Shown in pieces: positions 40,061 through 50,804 of a stretch of 64,000 bases of DNA. The stretch comes from an uncultured Acidimicrobiales bacterium. GTDB lineage: Bacteria; Actinomycetota; Acidimicrobiia; Acidimicrobiales; UBA10347. The notes under the pieces are model-generated. The model had not been told where the DNA came from. It searched no databases and was given only the letters and a program-made list of their open reading frames with translations. Position numbers and translations under genes: made by a program. Numbering within the stretch: the first letter of the stretch is position 1; each line of letters opens with the position of its first letter. The stretch covers positions 260,663 through 324,662 of the forward strand of contig CALSSD010000003.1 in NCBI GenBank assembly GCA_943788915.1, in the 5' to 3' direction.

Positions 40061-40852
40061 ATGAACACCCTCACCCCAGTACTCGAGCACACAGCAGCAC
40101 CACAACAGCTCCGACAGCAACCGACCCTTATCGCGGCCGCCTCTGCCCGGGGAGCGACCAAGGTCTACGGCAAAGCCGACACCGAAGTCGTGGCCTTGAA
40201 CAGCGTCGATGTCGACTTCGCCAAAGGCCAATTCACCGCCATCATGGGACCATCCGGGTCCGGCAAGTCGACGCTCATGCATTGCATGGCTGGCCTTGAC
40301 CGGCTTGACAGCGGTTCCTCCTTTGTCGGCGATGTTGACATAACGGCCGCATCAGAAAAGGAACTAACACTCATGCGGCGCGACCGTCTGGGGTTCATCT
40401 TCCAAGCATTTAATCTGGTCCCCACACTCTCGGCGATCGAGAACATCACCCTGCCCATGGACCTTGCAGGAACCAAACCCGACAAGGCTTGGCTCGAGGG
40501 TGTCATCACCACTGTTGGCCTCGCCCACCGATTGAAGCACCGGCCAAATGAACTCTCGGGTGGCCAGCAGCAGCGGGTCGCCGTCGCTCGAGCTCTTGCG
40601 AGCCAGCCCGACATCATCTTCGCCGACGAACCAACCGGCAACCTGGACAGCACGACGGGAGCCGAGATTCTGACGTTCATGCGCCATGCGGTCCGCGAGC
40701 TCGGTCAAACCATCGTCATGGTCACCCATGATCCGGTAGCTGCGAGTTATTCGGATCGAGTCGTGTTCCTGGCCGACGGCCAAATCACCGATCAATTGTT
40801 CCAACCAACCCCTGACACTGTGCTCGACCACATGCGTCGGCTCGGCAACTAA
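40061..40852 (+). CDS. ABC exporter ATP-binding protein (LolD-like)
   Basis: GPSGSGKST, LSGGQQQRV, ADEPTGNLD, VTHD. Confidence 0.95.
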   Translation: MNTLTPVLEHTAAPQQLRQQPTLIAAASARGATKVYGKADTEVVALNSVDVDFAKGQFTAIMGPSGSGKSTLMHCMAGLDRLDSGSSFVGDVDITAASEKELTLMRRDRLGFIFQAFNLVPTLSAIENITLPMDLAGTKPDKAWLEGVITTVGLAHRLKHRPNELSGGQQQRVAVARALASQPDIIFADEPTGNLDSTTGAEILTFMRHAVRELGQTIVMVTHDPVAASYSDRVVFLADGQITDQLFQPTPDTVLDHMRRLGN

Positions 40853-40882
40853 CCACCAACCAGTTTCCGGGAGGAACCCATC

Positions 40883-43411
40883 ATGTTGCGTCTCACACTC
40901 AAGAACCTGCGGGCAAACAAGGTCCGCTTTGCACTCACCACCCTCGGCGTCGTGCTCGCCGTCAGCTTCGTCGTATCAGCCTTTGTGCTTGGCGACGGTC
41001 TCCGAAGCACATTCGGCGACGTATCAGAAGACATCACGGCTGGCGTCGATATCGAAGTTCGCCCCGCCAACGACTTCGGCGACCCCGTTCCGCTGTCAGC
41101 GGGGCTCGTTGCCCAGGTGGCCGCAGTCGACGGCGTGTTCGATGCAGTGGCCAACATCGAAGCTCCGGACGATGCCGTTCGGCCAATTCCTGCCGATGGC
41201 GACCCCATCACTACTCAGGGACCGCCCCAGCTTGCCTTCGCCTGGTCAGACAATGAGGCGGTGAGTCCGTTCTCGCTTGTCGCCGGTCAACCTCCAGGGA
41301 TCGATGAGTTCTCGATCGACCTTGACTCGGCGGCTACCCATGATTTCGTCATTGGCGAAACATACGACGTCATCACTCCATCGGGCCGACGCCAGCTGAC
41401 ATTGTCGGGAACCTCGACCTTTGGCGCCGACAACGACACCGTTGGCGCCGTTCTCATGCAGATGAACGTGGCTCAAGCCGGCGAACTGTTTGGTATCGAC
41501 GGCGTCACCACGATTCAGGTTCAGGTCACCGACGGGGCTGACCCTGCAGCGGTACAAGCAGCTATCGCTGCCGCTCTACCAACACTTGAGGTCGTGGATC
41601 ACGACACCGTCGTAAGGGACACCACCGAAGGTTTCACCGGCGAAATCGACATCATCGGCAACATCTTGCTGGGGTTCGGCGGCATCTCGTTGTTCGTATC
41701 GATCTTCATCATCTACAACACGTTCGCCATCGTGCTCAGCCAACGCACCAAGGAACTGGCGCTGCTGCGCACGATCGGTGCTGATCCTCGACAAATCCGG
41801 CGGTCGGTTATTGGCGAGGCACTCTTCATTGGTGTGCTCGCTTCTGGTCTAGGAATTGTTGGCGGTGTTGGAGTCGCTAAAGGGCTCGAAGCACTCTTCA
41901 ACGCAACCGGCGGCTCCCTTCCCGAGTCACCAACAATCCTTGCGACCCGCACAATCGTCGCAGCACTCGTGATCGGCATCGGCGTCACCTTGATTGCTGC
42001 GGTCGGGCCGGCTCGTCGAGCATCGACCGTGCCGGCAATTGCTGCGATGCGCGGCACCGACGAGGCAACCAACCCGGGTAGCCGCACCCGGATCCTCTCC
42101 GGAACTGGCCTACTCACTCTCGGCGCCATCACTGGGACCTTTGGTCTCACCGGTGCTGGAAGTACTGCAGTGACAGTGGCGCTCATGGCAACCGGTGCGG
42201 TCAGCATCTTTCTCGGTGTGACCTTGCTCAGCCCGATGACGGTCGGAGTGATCACTCGGGTACTTGGCTGGCCTCTGGCAAGACTCAGTGGCGTGTCGGG
42301 AAGCATGGCACAGCAGAACGCTGCCCGAAATCCTCGACGTACTGCCACAACCGCTGCCGCATTGATGATCGGCCTGGCCTTGGTATCAACGTCGTTGATT
42401 GTCGGCCAATCGATCAAGTCGAACTTCGGCACCACCCTTGAACAATCTGCAACCGGTGACTACTACGTCACCGATCAGCTCGTAGAGGTTGACTTCCCGC
42501 TCGAGCTACCTGCCCAGATTGCATCGAACACCGAGTTGTTCGACGCAGTCGCTGGCTTCCGGTATGTGGAAACACGGGTTGACGGCGAAATCGCTGAAGT
42601 AGTTGCCACCGACTTCACTCAGCTTTTGCCGGTGATGAATGCCGATGTCCGCGAGGGCGACCTTGGGTCATCGGTTGACAAGCCGGTTCTGGTTGCCGCA
42701 CGGCATGCCGAGGAATCGGGCCTCGTCGTCGGCGACATGATCACTACCGAGTTTGCGAATGGCGCTGCGATCGATTCGACGATCACTGGTGTGTTCTACG
42801 ACGAAGCGCTGATCACCAGCGACTTCTTGTACGACGAGTCAACGTTTGACGCAGCTGGCGACATCACCGGGCACGAATGGCTCGCCATCTCGCTCGCCGA
42901 CGGCGCATCACTCATCGAAGTCGACGCAGTAATGGCTTCGCTCAGCGAGCAAATGCCACACGCCGATGTCGAAACCACCAACGAGTTCCGGGATCGGGTC
43001 GAAGGCATGATCGATGATCTGCTCGCCATCGTGAACATTATGGTTGCTCTCGCAGTGGTTATTGCACTGATCGGGATCGCCAACACACTGGCCCTGTCGG
43101 TGTTCGAACGCACCCGTGAGCTTGGACTGGTGCGAGCAGTCGGGATGACCCGGCGTCAGCTCCGACGTATGGTTCGATTCGAGGCGGCACTGGTAGCGAC
43201 GTTCGGCGCCGTGCTCGGTGTTGCGGTCGGCCTGCTCTTTGGGTGGGGCGTGGTGCACGCACTTCCGGACGACTTCGCATCGGCCATGGTCATCCCCGTG
43301 CAGTCGATCCTCACCCTGGTAGTCGTCGCTGCCTTAGCCGGTGTGGTCGCTGCAGTGCTCCCCGCACGACGTGCCGGACGCCTCAACGTGCTCGACGCCA
43401 TCTCGCACTAA
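40883..43411 (+). CDS. FtsX-like ABC exporter permease
   Basis: QRTKELALLRTIGA and ERTRELGLVRAVG repeats. Confidence 0.92.
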   Translation: MLRLTLKNLRANKVRFALTTLGVVLAVSFVVSAFVLGDGLRSTFGDVSEDITAGVDIEVRPANDFGDPVPLSAGLVAQVAAVDGVFDAVANIEAPDDAVRPIPADGDPITTQGPPQLAFAWSDNEAVSPFSLVAGQPPGIDEFSIDLDSAATHDFVIGETYDVITPSGRRQLTLSGTSTFGADNDTVGAVLMQMNVAQAGELFGIDGVTTIQVQVTDGADPAAVQAAIAAALPTLEVVDHDTVVRDTTEGFTGEIDIIGNILLGFGGISLFVSIFIIYNTFAIVLSQRTKELALLRTIGADPRQIRRSVIGEALFIGVLASGLGIVGGVGVAKGLEALFNATGGSLPESPTILATRTIVAALVIGIGVTLIAAVGPARRASTVPAIAAMRGTDEATNPGSRTRILSGTGLLTLGAITGTFGLTGAGSTAVTVALMATGAVSIFLGVTLLSPMTVGVITRVLGWPLARLSGVSGSMAQQNAARNPRRTATTAAALMIGLALVSTSLIVGQSIKSNFGTTLEQSATGDYYVTDQLVEVDFPLELPAQIASNTELFDAVAGFRYVETRVDGEIAEVVATDFTQLLPVMNADVREGDLGSSVDKPVLVAARHAEESGLVVGDMITTEFANGAAIDSTITGVFYDEALITSDFLYDESTFDAAGDITGHEWLAISLADGASLIEVDAVMASLSEQMPHADVETTNEFRDRVEGMIDDLLAIVNIMVALAVVIALIGIANTLALSVFERTRELGLVRAVGMTRRQLRRMVRFEAALVATFGAVLGVAVGLLFGWGVVHALPDDFASAMVIPVQSILTLVVVAALAGVVAAVLPARRAGRLNVLDAISH

Positions 43412-43432
43412 CTACCACTCACCCACCCGAGA

Positions 43433-43498
43433 GCCTGGCCGGCCAGACGTCCGGCCAGGCCCACAACATGGCGCCGCTCCTCCGTTGGAGCGGCGCCA
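43433..43498. terminator. Two tandem GC-rich hairpins after the permease
   Basis: GCCTGGCCGG..CCGGCCAGGC and TGGCGCCGCTCC..GGAGCGGCGCCA. Confidence 0.55.
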
Positions 43499-43708
43499 GC
43501 TTGCGTATTTTTGACATCTGTTCTCCACCGCGACGGGAGGTAGTGCATGGGCATGTGAACCAGCACCCATAGCGCCGAGTTCTCTCTGGACCGCCGCTGC
43601 GAGATCACGGTCTGCGAGAAGTGTCGACCTGATCTCTCGGTGGATCACCGAAGTGGCTGGCAGCTGTTAGCGCTCAACCCTGCATCTATGGAGGCTAGGT
43701 TTGGCGCC

Positions 43709-44518
43709 GTGCATGTTTGGTTGAACGGACGACTCGTTAACGGTGACGATGCTCGGCTTCCGATCGATGACCATGGCCTGGTTGTTGGCGATGGAGGATT
43801 CGAGACGCTCAAGACTCATGGTGGCAAAGCATTCGCAGTGACACGTCATCTGCGCCGGCTTCGACGGACCCTCGAAGCGTTGGCGATCGATGTACCTGAC
43901 CCAGACATGCTGCGGGCTGCTATCGATGAAACTGTTTCTGCTGGCGGGCATACAGAGTCTCGTATCCGGGTCACCGTCACTGCCGGCAGCGGCTCTCTCG
44001 GGTCGGGCATGCCCGGCGGTGAACCATCCGTCGTGGTAGCCGTCACCGAGCTCGGCCCCAAGGTTGCCCCCATGGCCATCACCGTTCCGTGGACCCGTAA
44101 TGAACGAGGCGCCACCGCTGGCCTGAAGACCACGTCGTATGCCGAGAACGTTCGGGCATTGCGGGTAGCCCACGAAGCCGGTGCCTCCGAGGCCCTGCTC
44201 GCCAATACCCGCGACGAGCTGTGCGAAGGCACCGGCACCAACGTCTTCGTTGTTGTCGATGGACAGATCCTCACTCCCCCGCTGTCGTCCGGTTGTCTGG
44301 CTGGAGTCAGCCGCGAACTGCTGATCGAGGCGGCCTACATCACCGAACAGGCGTTGCCGTTCGACATCCTGGGCACAGCAGACGAGATCTTCCTGACATC
44401 GACCACTCGAGATGTCCAAGGTTTGACCACGATCGATGATCGAGCCCTTGTGGTCGGGCCAGTCACCAGGAGGATGGAAGCCATCTTCGACGAGATCCTG
44501 GAGACGGTTGACCCATGA
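43709..44518 (+). CDS. Class IV aminotransferase / aminodeoxychorismate lyase family
   Basis: DHGLVVGDGGFET, LKTTSY, EGTGTNVF, LAGVSR. Start approximate. Confidence 0.9.
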   Translation: MHVWLNGRLVNGDDARLPIDDHGLVVGDGGFETLKTHGGKAFAVTRHLRRLRRTLEALAIDVPDPDMLRAAIDETVSAGGHTESRIRVTVTAGSGSLGSGMPGGEPSVVVAVTELGPKVAPMAITVPWTRNERGATAGLKTTSYAENVRALRVAHEAGASEALLANTRDELCEGTGTNVFVVVDGQILTPPLSSGCLAGVSRELLIEAAYITEQALPFDILGTADEIFLTSTTRDVQGLTTIDDRALVVGPVTRRMEAIFDEILETVDP

Positions 44519-45033
44519 CGACCTATGTTGCGCTGCTTCGCGCAATCAATGTGGGTGGTCGCAACAAGATGCCGATGGCCGAGTTACGTGATCTCCTGGG
44601 TGAGCTGAAGTTCACCAATGTTGCCACCTACATCCAGAGCGGCAATGTGGTGTGTAGCTCGACGAAAGAGCCGGCGTCGGTCGCAGCCTCGATCAAGACC
44701 GGGATTGCCGATCGATTCGGCCACGACATTGCCGTACTCGTGCGAACCGCAGCCGAGATCGAGCGGATCGTTGCCGACTTCCCGTATATCGATGCAGATC
44801 CCAAGTCGAGCGGTGTGGTCTTCCTGGCCGACACCTACGACGACAAACTTGATGCCCGAGCTTTTGCTCCCGACGAATGTGCGGTCGCTGGGGCAAACGT
44901 GCACGTGAACTGTCCAACACGTTTCGCTGACACGAAACTCACTGCCGCCTGGATCGAGAAACAGACGGGCCTGGTTGGCACCCGCCGCAACTGGGCGACC
45001 GTGCTCAAACTGCACCAGATGGTGGCGGAGTAA
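44515..45033 (+). CDS. DUF1697 family protein
   Basis: YVALLRAINVGG, TYIQSGNV, TRRNWATV. Confidence 0.9.
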   Translation: MTTYVALLRAINVGGRNKMPMAELRDLLGELKFTNVATYIQSGNVVCSSTKEPASVAASIKTGIADRFGHDIAVLVRTAAEIERIVADFPYIDADPKSSGVVFLADTYDDKLDARAFAPDECAVAGANVHVNCPTRFADTKLTAAWIEKQTGLVGTRRNWATVLKLHQMVAE

Positions 45034-45035
45034 CC

Positions 45036-45578
45036 ATGCATGTTCGACCATTGATGGACAACGAGATAGACACCTATCTGCGGCTACTCCAAGCGGTCAA
45101 CGCTGAATCTGGCGTCGACGGCCTGGGGCATTCACATGCCTACCCCAAGGCCGAGCCGTATGACCACGACGCTGCTGTCCAACGCGAGACCCTCCGATGG
45201 GCATCACGAACCACTGGCCCGGGTTGGCGCCGGGCGTGGGGTTTGTTCGACCATGCCGAACTCGTGGGCCATTGTCACCTGGTCGGCGGCTCGATGAGCA
45301 CCGAACTGCACCGCGTCAGCATGGGAATGGGAATCCTGCGTACCCACCATCGACAGGGTGGCGGCACACAGCTGCTCACGGCAGTGAGAGATTGGGCACG
45401 TAACCAACCAAACATCGACTGGCTCGACCTGGGTGTGTTTGGCGACAACAACGCTGCGCAAGCCTTGTATCTCAAACATGGTTTCGAAGTTGTCGGACGC
45501 ACGCCTGACCGTTTCCGTGTCGATGGCCAAGCGCTCGATGACATCGCCATGACGCTGCACGTCGCGGTAAGTCACTAA
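45036..45578 (+). CDS. GNAT N-acetyltransferase
   Basis: HRQGGGTQLL, NNAAQALYLKHGF. Confidence 0.88.
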   Translation: MHVRPLMDNEIDTYLRLLQAVNAESGVDGLGHSHAYPKAEPYDHDAAVQRETLRWASRTTGPGWRRAWGLFDHAELVGHCHLVGGSMSTELHRVSMGMGILRTHHRQGGGTQLLTAVRDWARNQPNIDWLDLGVFGDNNAAQALYLKHGFEVVGRTPDRFRVDGQALDDIAMTLHVAVSH

Positions 45579-45594
45579 CAATTGTCGACTGTGG

Positions 45595-45989
45595 TCAGCC
45601 GTCGGTAGAGGCGGCCACGATCTGCGCATCGGCGTGAGCGACCTTTGGCAGTTGCCGCCAGATAATCGCCAGGCTGAGTGCCGAACCAACGAACCCGAAC
45701 CAAAATGGCGCCAGCACTCCCCAGATACCAGCGACGACTGCACCGACCGTTCCGCCGACTACCAGGGCGCCGAACAGCGCGACCATGCACGCGCTGCCAA
45801 CTCGGCCTTGGAAGTTCTCCGGCACCGCCCGCTGACGGACGGCGGTGGCCGTGGTACCCCAGATCGAGGTCTGAAAGCCGAATCCAAAGAGCAGTCGCCA
45901 TCGAGATCACGGGCACGGCCGATAAGCCGAGGCCACCGAAAACCGGTGCCCACCCGGGCCGGAGCTACCGCCTCGACCAACCGCCTCAT
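45595..45989 (-). pseudogene. MFS transporter remnant with large internal deletion
   Basis: N-terminus MRRLVEAVAPARVGTGFRW joined out of frame to the C-terminal IWGTTATAVRQRAVPENFQGRVGS...APFWFGF. Confidence 0.7.
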
Positions 45990-46145
45990 GGTTTCTTGAG
46001 GCGGATTATGGTCACGCTGAAGCCTTTTCTCTACACCAGACTCCTGACACAGGCCGAAAACGACAAATGACAGCCCGAGGGCTGCCATGGATCGAATCGT
46101 TCACGATGCGGTCACCAAGGACCGGTGAACGTTAGAGGAGAAGGG

Positions 46146-46313
46146 TTACTTCTCTTCCTTGAAGATCACGTGTTTGCGAGCTTTGGGGTCGTACTTCATC
46201 AGTTCAATGCGCTCACGGCTGTTGACCTTGTTCTTGGTCGTGACGTACTGGTAACCAGTACCCGCTGTGCTCTTGAGCTTGATGATTGGGCGCTTATCGC
46301 TTCCAGCTGGCAT
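46146..46313 (-). CDS. rpmG: 50S ribosomal protein L33 (Cys-free type)
   Basis: Manual translation [58 protein letters not shown] overlaps the rpmB stop. Confidence 0.95.
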   Translation of the reverse strand: MPAGSDKRPIIKLKSTAGTGYQYVTTKNKVNSRERIELMKYDPKARKHVIFKEEK

Positions 46314-46549
46314 CAGACCTTGGCCCCTTTGCGACGCATGTCAGCGAGAACCTTCTCGATTCCATGCTTGTTGATGGTCTTGAGACCTTTGGCAGAGACC
46401 TTGAGCTTGACCCAACGCTTTTCGTTGGGTACCCAAAAACGCTGCGTTTGGATGTTGACATCCCAACGGCGGCGGGTCTTTCGTTGTGAGTGAGAGACGT
46501 TATTGCCGAAACTCGGCTTGCGTCCAGTCACTTGGCAGATGTTCGACAT
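46313..46549 (-). CDS. rpmB: 50S ribosomal protein L28
   Basis: [34 protein letters not shown]. Confidence 0.96.
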   Translation of the reverse strand: MSNICQVTGRKPSFGNNVSHSQRKTRRRWDVNIQTQRFWVPNEKRWVKLKVSAKGLKTINKHGIEKVLADMRRKGAKV

Positions 46550-46632
46550 AGCCAAGCCACGATAGCGGGCGTAACCCTAAAACGGCTACGGCCATGCGCA
46601 TTCGACACACAACTGTGTGATACGTCATAGCT

Positions 46633-47202
46633 GTGATCTCGCAACCACAGCGTGTTTGGTACGTCGCCTATGGCTCAAACGTCAATGAACAACGCTTTTT
46701 ACGCTATCTCCTTGGCGATTCGGACCATGTTGGTGCCCGTGACGCAACACCACCTCGCCGAAGCCTGTGGACAACTGCCCCGCTTCAGCTGCGGTTCGCC
46801 GGTGAATCGCAGCGCTGGGGCGGCGGCGTGTGTTTCGTCGACCCTGACCCGTCGGCCACGGCCTATGTCCGGGCTTGGGATATCACCGCCCAACAATTCG
46901 AGGATGTCTTCGCCCAGGAAAACCGCCGTGCCATCGGTGAACCGTTCCACTGGCCGACAGTGATGCACAGCGCGACAACGATCGGCACAAGCTGGTACGC
47001 CCAGATCCTTCCCGTGCAGCTGCCGTCGATCGCCGACGATCAACCAGCATTGACCTTCACGTGGACCACCCGATTCCCGCTGAATGCACCAGCACCCGCC
47101 TATCGGGACACCATCACCTCGGGGTTGGCTGATCACCCCGACCTCTCCCCCGTTCACATCGCCGACTACCTGAACGCGTCGATCGAGGCAGAGCATCCCT
47201 AG
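46633..47202 (+). CDS. Gamma-glutamylcyclotransferase-like protein
   Basis: VWYVAYGSN; FEDVFAQEN. Confidence 0.65.
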   Translation: MISQPQRVWYVAYGSNVNEQRFLRYLLGDSDHVGARDATPPRRSLWTTAPLQLRFAGESQRWGGGVCFVDPDPSATAYVRAWDITAQQFEDVFAQENRRAIGEPFHWPTVMHSATTIGTSWYAQILPVQLPSIADDQPALTFTWTTRFPLNAPAPAYRDTITSGLADHPDLSPVHIADYLNASIEAEHP

Positions 47203-47268
47203 CTACCTGGTTTCGCACATGACTGACCATTCCAGGCGAGAGTCTCGGCGGAACCCGTCAGCCGGTAG

Positions 47269-47484
47269 TCACCACTTGATTTCGATTTCCAGGCTGTTCT
47301 CGTCGCCGATCTCGATTTCGACTTCGAGGTCAACCATGTCGGCCACGTCCACGACGTAACGGAGGCCCTCACGGGTGAAGGTCAGGTCGTTGTGCCGGGC
47401 CAGCGAGTCTGCGATCTCGCGTAGTACCGCAGCGGCGTCTTCACGGCTGAGGTGTTTCTTCTCTTCGTATTCGACGAGGTCCAC
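47269..47484 (-). CDS. Amphi-Trp domain protein
   Basis: SREDAAAVLREIADSL...LEIEIKW with terminal Trp. Confidence 0.85.
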   Translation of the reverse strand: MDLVEYEEKKHLSREDAAAVLREIADSLARHNDLTFTREGLRYVVDVADMVDLEVEIEIGDENSLEIEIKW

Positions 47485-47620
47485 AATGCTCCGATTGTTT
47501 CGTTGTGAGTAGGTGCATCGATTATCGCACCTCCATCGCTGCTGGCACTCGTCGACTCAACGGTCGGCGACATGACGAAGAGTTAGGCCATACCGAGTTG
47601 ATCCCTGCGATACTCGCGTC

Positions 47621-48067
47621 ATGGACGCCCAGACGGCTCACGCCGTATTCGATGACTTCGTGAACGGGCGGTTGCCAAAAGATGCGTGGACCCACGAGGC
47701 CCACCTCATTACTTGCTGGGTTGCACTCCAAGATCGCTCACCGGCCGAAACGCTGGCGTTCTTGCGCGAAGCTATCCAGACCCACAACTGCGGTATTGGC
47801 ATCCGCAACACCGACACGAGCGGGTACCACGAGACGCTCACCGTCTATTACGTGACCGCTGTGTTCCAGGCAAACGCTGCCACCCTTGATGAGCTTTATG
47901 CGGTTCCTTCCTGTGGCCGAAAGGCGCCTCTCAATCACTGGTCACGAGATGTCTTGTTCGGCGCCGATGCTCGCCTCGGTTGGATCGAACCCGACCTGGC
48001 GCCACTCCGGTGGCAGCCTGACGATCTTGTCCATGCTGTTACAGACGCCCAAGGTGTTGGCTCCTAA
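47621..48067 (+). CDS. Conserved hypothetical protein
   Basis: WTHEAHL, YHETLT, WIEPDL. Confidence 0.7.
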   Translation: MDAQTAHAVFDDFVNGRLPKDAWTHEAHLITCWVALQDRSPAETLAFLREAIQTHNCGIGIRNTDTSGYHETLTVYYVTAVFQANAATLDELYAVPSCGRKAPLNHWSRDVLFGADARLGWIEPDLAPLRWQPDDLVHAVTDAQGVGS

Positions 48068-48158
48068 AGATGCCCGCCATCTTGGACTCTCTGTTCACGT
48101 GATGAGGGTTCGTCCCCATGGTGACGTCGAACGCACTTCGTCGCCCTAATGTCTGCTG

Positions 48159-48783
48159 ATGGTCGATGTCATGATCCCAACCACCGACGGCGAATCGCTC
48201 GAGGCCGAGCTCTACCTGCCTGAGGTACCACGTTGCGGCGTGGTGATCACCCACCCCCACCCGCAGATGGGTGGTGACATGTTCACACCCGGTTCCTGCT
48301 GGTTTCTTCCGAGTGACCGCCGGAACCGATGTGGCGGCCTTGCGGTTCAACTTCCGCGGCACCGGCAGATCGACCGGCACCCATGACAAGGGCGGTGCAG
48401 AACGACTCGACGTTGCCGCAGCACTCGATCACCTGGCACAGGCCGCGCCCGGCGTGCCACTGTTCTTTGCTGGCTGGTCGTTCGGAGCCGATGTCGCTCT
48501 GACGCTCGACGACGACCGTATTGCTGGCTGGTTCATGGCGGCCCCTCCGCTCAGTGTTGCAGACCCATCAGAGATGGCGGCGCAGTCTGTCGGAGCGCCA
48601 AAGGTGCTGGTCATCGGCGAGAACGATCAGTTCAATCCGCCAGCCAAGGCCACCGCAACCACAGCCGGATGGCAGAACACGTCGATAGAGATCATCGAGG
48701 GCGCCGACCACTTCTTCGGCGCCCGACTCTCCAACCTGATCGACCGCTTCAGCGCCTTCATCGCGAAACCGACCGGCGAGTAG
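48159..48783 (+). pseudogene. Alpha/beta hydrolase, frameshifted near 48288
   Basis: THPHPQMGGDM in one frame; LRFNFRG, GWSFG, GADHFF in another. An extra C in a CCC run explains it. Confidence 0.8.
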
Positions 48784-48878
48784 CGAGTTCGCTCATTTTG
48801 TCGATCAAAGGCAAAGAGCCGAGGACCTCACCCGGGTACATTACAAAACACAACAAACCACATTGCCCAAAAACACTT

Positions 48879-48952
48879 GCCCACGTAGCTCAGTCGGATA
48901 GAGCGGGGACCTCCTAAGTCCTAGGCCGTCGGTTCGATTCCGGCCGTGGGCA
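48879..48952 (+). tRNA. tRNA-Arg (CCT)
   Basis: GCCCACG/CGTGGGC acceptor stem; GCTC/GAGC D arm; GGGAC-CTCCTAA-GTCCT anticodon arm; GGTTCGATTCC T loop. Confidence 0.95.
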
Positions 48953-49062
48953 CTACTAGATGCAGGACACAGCATCGTCATGCGCGTGTCGGGACCGTCG
49001 ATTCGGGTGTGACGAGACGAGCCTCGAAACGCTCGGCTGATATCCACGGCGCACATGCCCGG

Positions 49063-50109
49063 TTAGCCGCCGATATGGCTCATCTCGACCTTGGTTGCCC
49101 GGGTCGTGAGGGAAGTTCGGGTCTCGGAGTACCGGTCGGTCCGGTAGGTCCAGATCTTGTTGACCGTTCGGTCGAGAACCTCGTCGTCGGCGCTCGTTCG
49201 GAGGACCTCACGCAGGTCGGTGCCACTGGTAGCGAACAGGCAGGTGTACAGGGAACCAGCGGCGGAAAGGCGGGCCCGGGTGCAGCCGCCGCAGAACGGC
49301 TCGGTGACTGAGCTGATGACGCCAATCTCTCCGGTGCCGTCGACATAACGCCACCGGGTCGCGACCTCGCCGGCGTAGCTGCGTGCAACCGGTTCGATGG
49401 GGAATGTCTCATTTATGGTCTCGATCAGGGCTTCGGCGGAAATGATGTCGCCGAGTTCCCAGCCGTTCGTCGCGCCGACGTCCATGTACTCGATGAATCG
49501 AAGGGTGTGGCCGGTGCCCTTGAAGTGACCCGCCATGTCGACCACCGAGGTGTCGTTCACGCCACGTTTGACGACCATGTTGATTTTGATCGGTCCCATC
49601 CCGGCTTCGGCGGCGGCATCAATGCCGTCCAGGACCTTCTGGACGGGAAAGTCGACGTCGTTCATTGCCATGAAGGTCGTGTCATCGAGCGAATCAAGAC
49701 TGACCGTCACTCGGTTCAGGCCGGCCGCGGCCAGGGCCTCTGCTTTGCGCACCAGCAGGGCACCGTTGGTCGTGAGCGCCAGGTCGGTGATCTCGGGTAT
49801 CGCTGCGAGTCTGGCGACGAGATCCTCGATGCCGCTTCGTAGCAGTGGTTCGCCACCGGTGAGCCGCACCTTGGTGACGCCATGACGGGCAAAGGATTGA
49901 GCGACGCGTTCGATTTCTTCGAAGCTGAGTAGCTCGGCCCGTTTCATGTACTGATAGCTGCTGTTGAAGACCTCTTTGGGCATGCAGTAGGTACATCGGA
50001 AGTTGCACCGGTCAGTGACCGAGATGCGCAGATCTCGCACCGGGCGGCCCAGCTTGTCGATGGGAGCAGCAGCCGCGGGTGCCCGTTCGGTGTGGTCGGT
50101 TGCGGTCAT
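49063..50109 (-). CDS. moaA: GTP 3',8-cyclase (radical SAM)
   Basis: LRISVTDRCNFRCTYC, FCGGCTRARL..LYTC, C-terminal HIGG. Confidence 0.96.
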   Translation of the reverse strand: MTATDHTERAPAAAAPIDKLGRPVRDLRISVTDRCNFRCTYCMPKEVFNSSYQYMKRAELLSFEEIERVAQSFARHGVTKVRLTGGEPLLRSGIEDLVARLAAIPEITDLALTTNGALLVRKAEALAAAGLNRVTVSLDSLDDTTFMAMNDVDFPVQKVLDGIDAAAEAGMGPIKINMVVKRGVNDTSVVDMAGHFKGTGHTLRFIEYMDVGATNGWELGDIISAEALIETINETFPIEPVARSYAGEVATRWRYVDGTGEIGVISSVTEPFCGGCTRARLSAAGSLYTCLFATSGTDLREVLRTSADDEVLDRTVNKIWTYRTDRYSETRTSLTTRATKVEMSHIGG

Positions 50110-50804
50110 GCAGCTGTTGCTCCCTGACTGATTTCTGTAGTTCGTTTCCATTGAGTTGCGACACCCTGCAGCGGGCTGGTGTCGGCGTTGCTGGCCGATG
50201 GCTTCGCGTAGAAGGGATCAGTGCCGGCGGCGTGGTTGGTGTGTCGACGATTTGGGTGAGTTCGGGGGCTGACGCGACGGGCCATTGTTTCGAAGCCGTC
50301 GCGAAGCGTGGCCGTGGACGAAGCGCACCCTTGGCAACCTCCGCTCATAGCGATGGACAATACGCCGTTCGTCACCTCAACGACAGAGATCTTGCCCCCG
50401 TGGGCCGCGATCGTTGGATTCACTTCGCGATCGACGAGCTGTTCGATCGCAGCGCGGACCTGTTGGTCATCGCGGCCTGAGTGGTGCGGCTCCACAATTG
50501 CGGGCCTTCCGATTTCGAGGTGGGCTCGGATCTCGGCGCCGATCTGGGATCGAAGACCTTCCCACGACGCCGAGCGTTCTTTGGTAACCGAGACCGTGGT
50601 GTCGGCAATGACGACGGCCGAGATTGCCTCGAGCGTGAGCAGGCGAGAAGGAAGAGTGAAGTCGTCTGTGGCCCGACGGCGGTCGAACGCGAACGGACCG
50701 CCCGGATGTACGACCCGGTCGACGATGAACTTGCATGTGTCTGGATCAACGACCGACGTCTCGGCACGAATTCGGATGTCCGAGTCGAGGGGTACTTCAG
50801 ACAT
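50106..50804 (-). CDS. NifU/Nfu-type Fe-S carrier (Nfu_N + NifU C domain)
   Basis: VNPTIAAHGG..MSGGCQGC..NHAAGTDPFY. Confidence 0.88.
   Translation of the reverse strand: MSEVPLDSDIRIRAETSVVDPDTCKFIVDRVVHPGGPFAFDRRRATDDFTLPSRLLTLEAISAVVIADTTVSVTKERSASWEGLRSQIGAEIRAHLEIGRPAIVEPHHSGRDDQQVRAAIEQLVDREVNPTIAAHGGKISVVEVTNGVLSIAMSGGCQGCASSTATLRDGFETMARRVSPRTHPNRRHTNHAAGTDPFYAKPSASNADTSPLQGVATQWKRTTEISQGATAA

Noticed and set aside
43667..44545. 292-aa minus-strand ORF
   Set aside because: Antisense shadow of the class IV aminotransferase.
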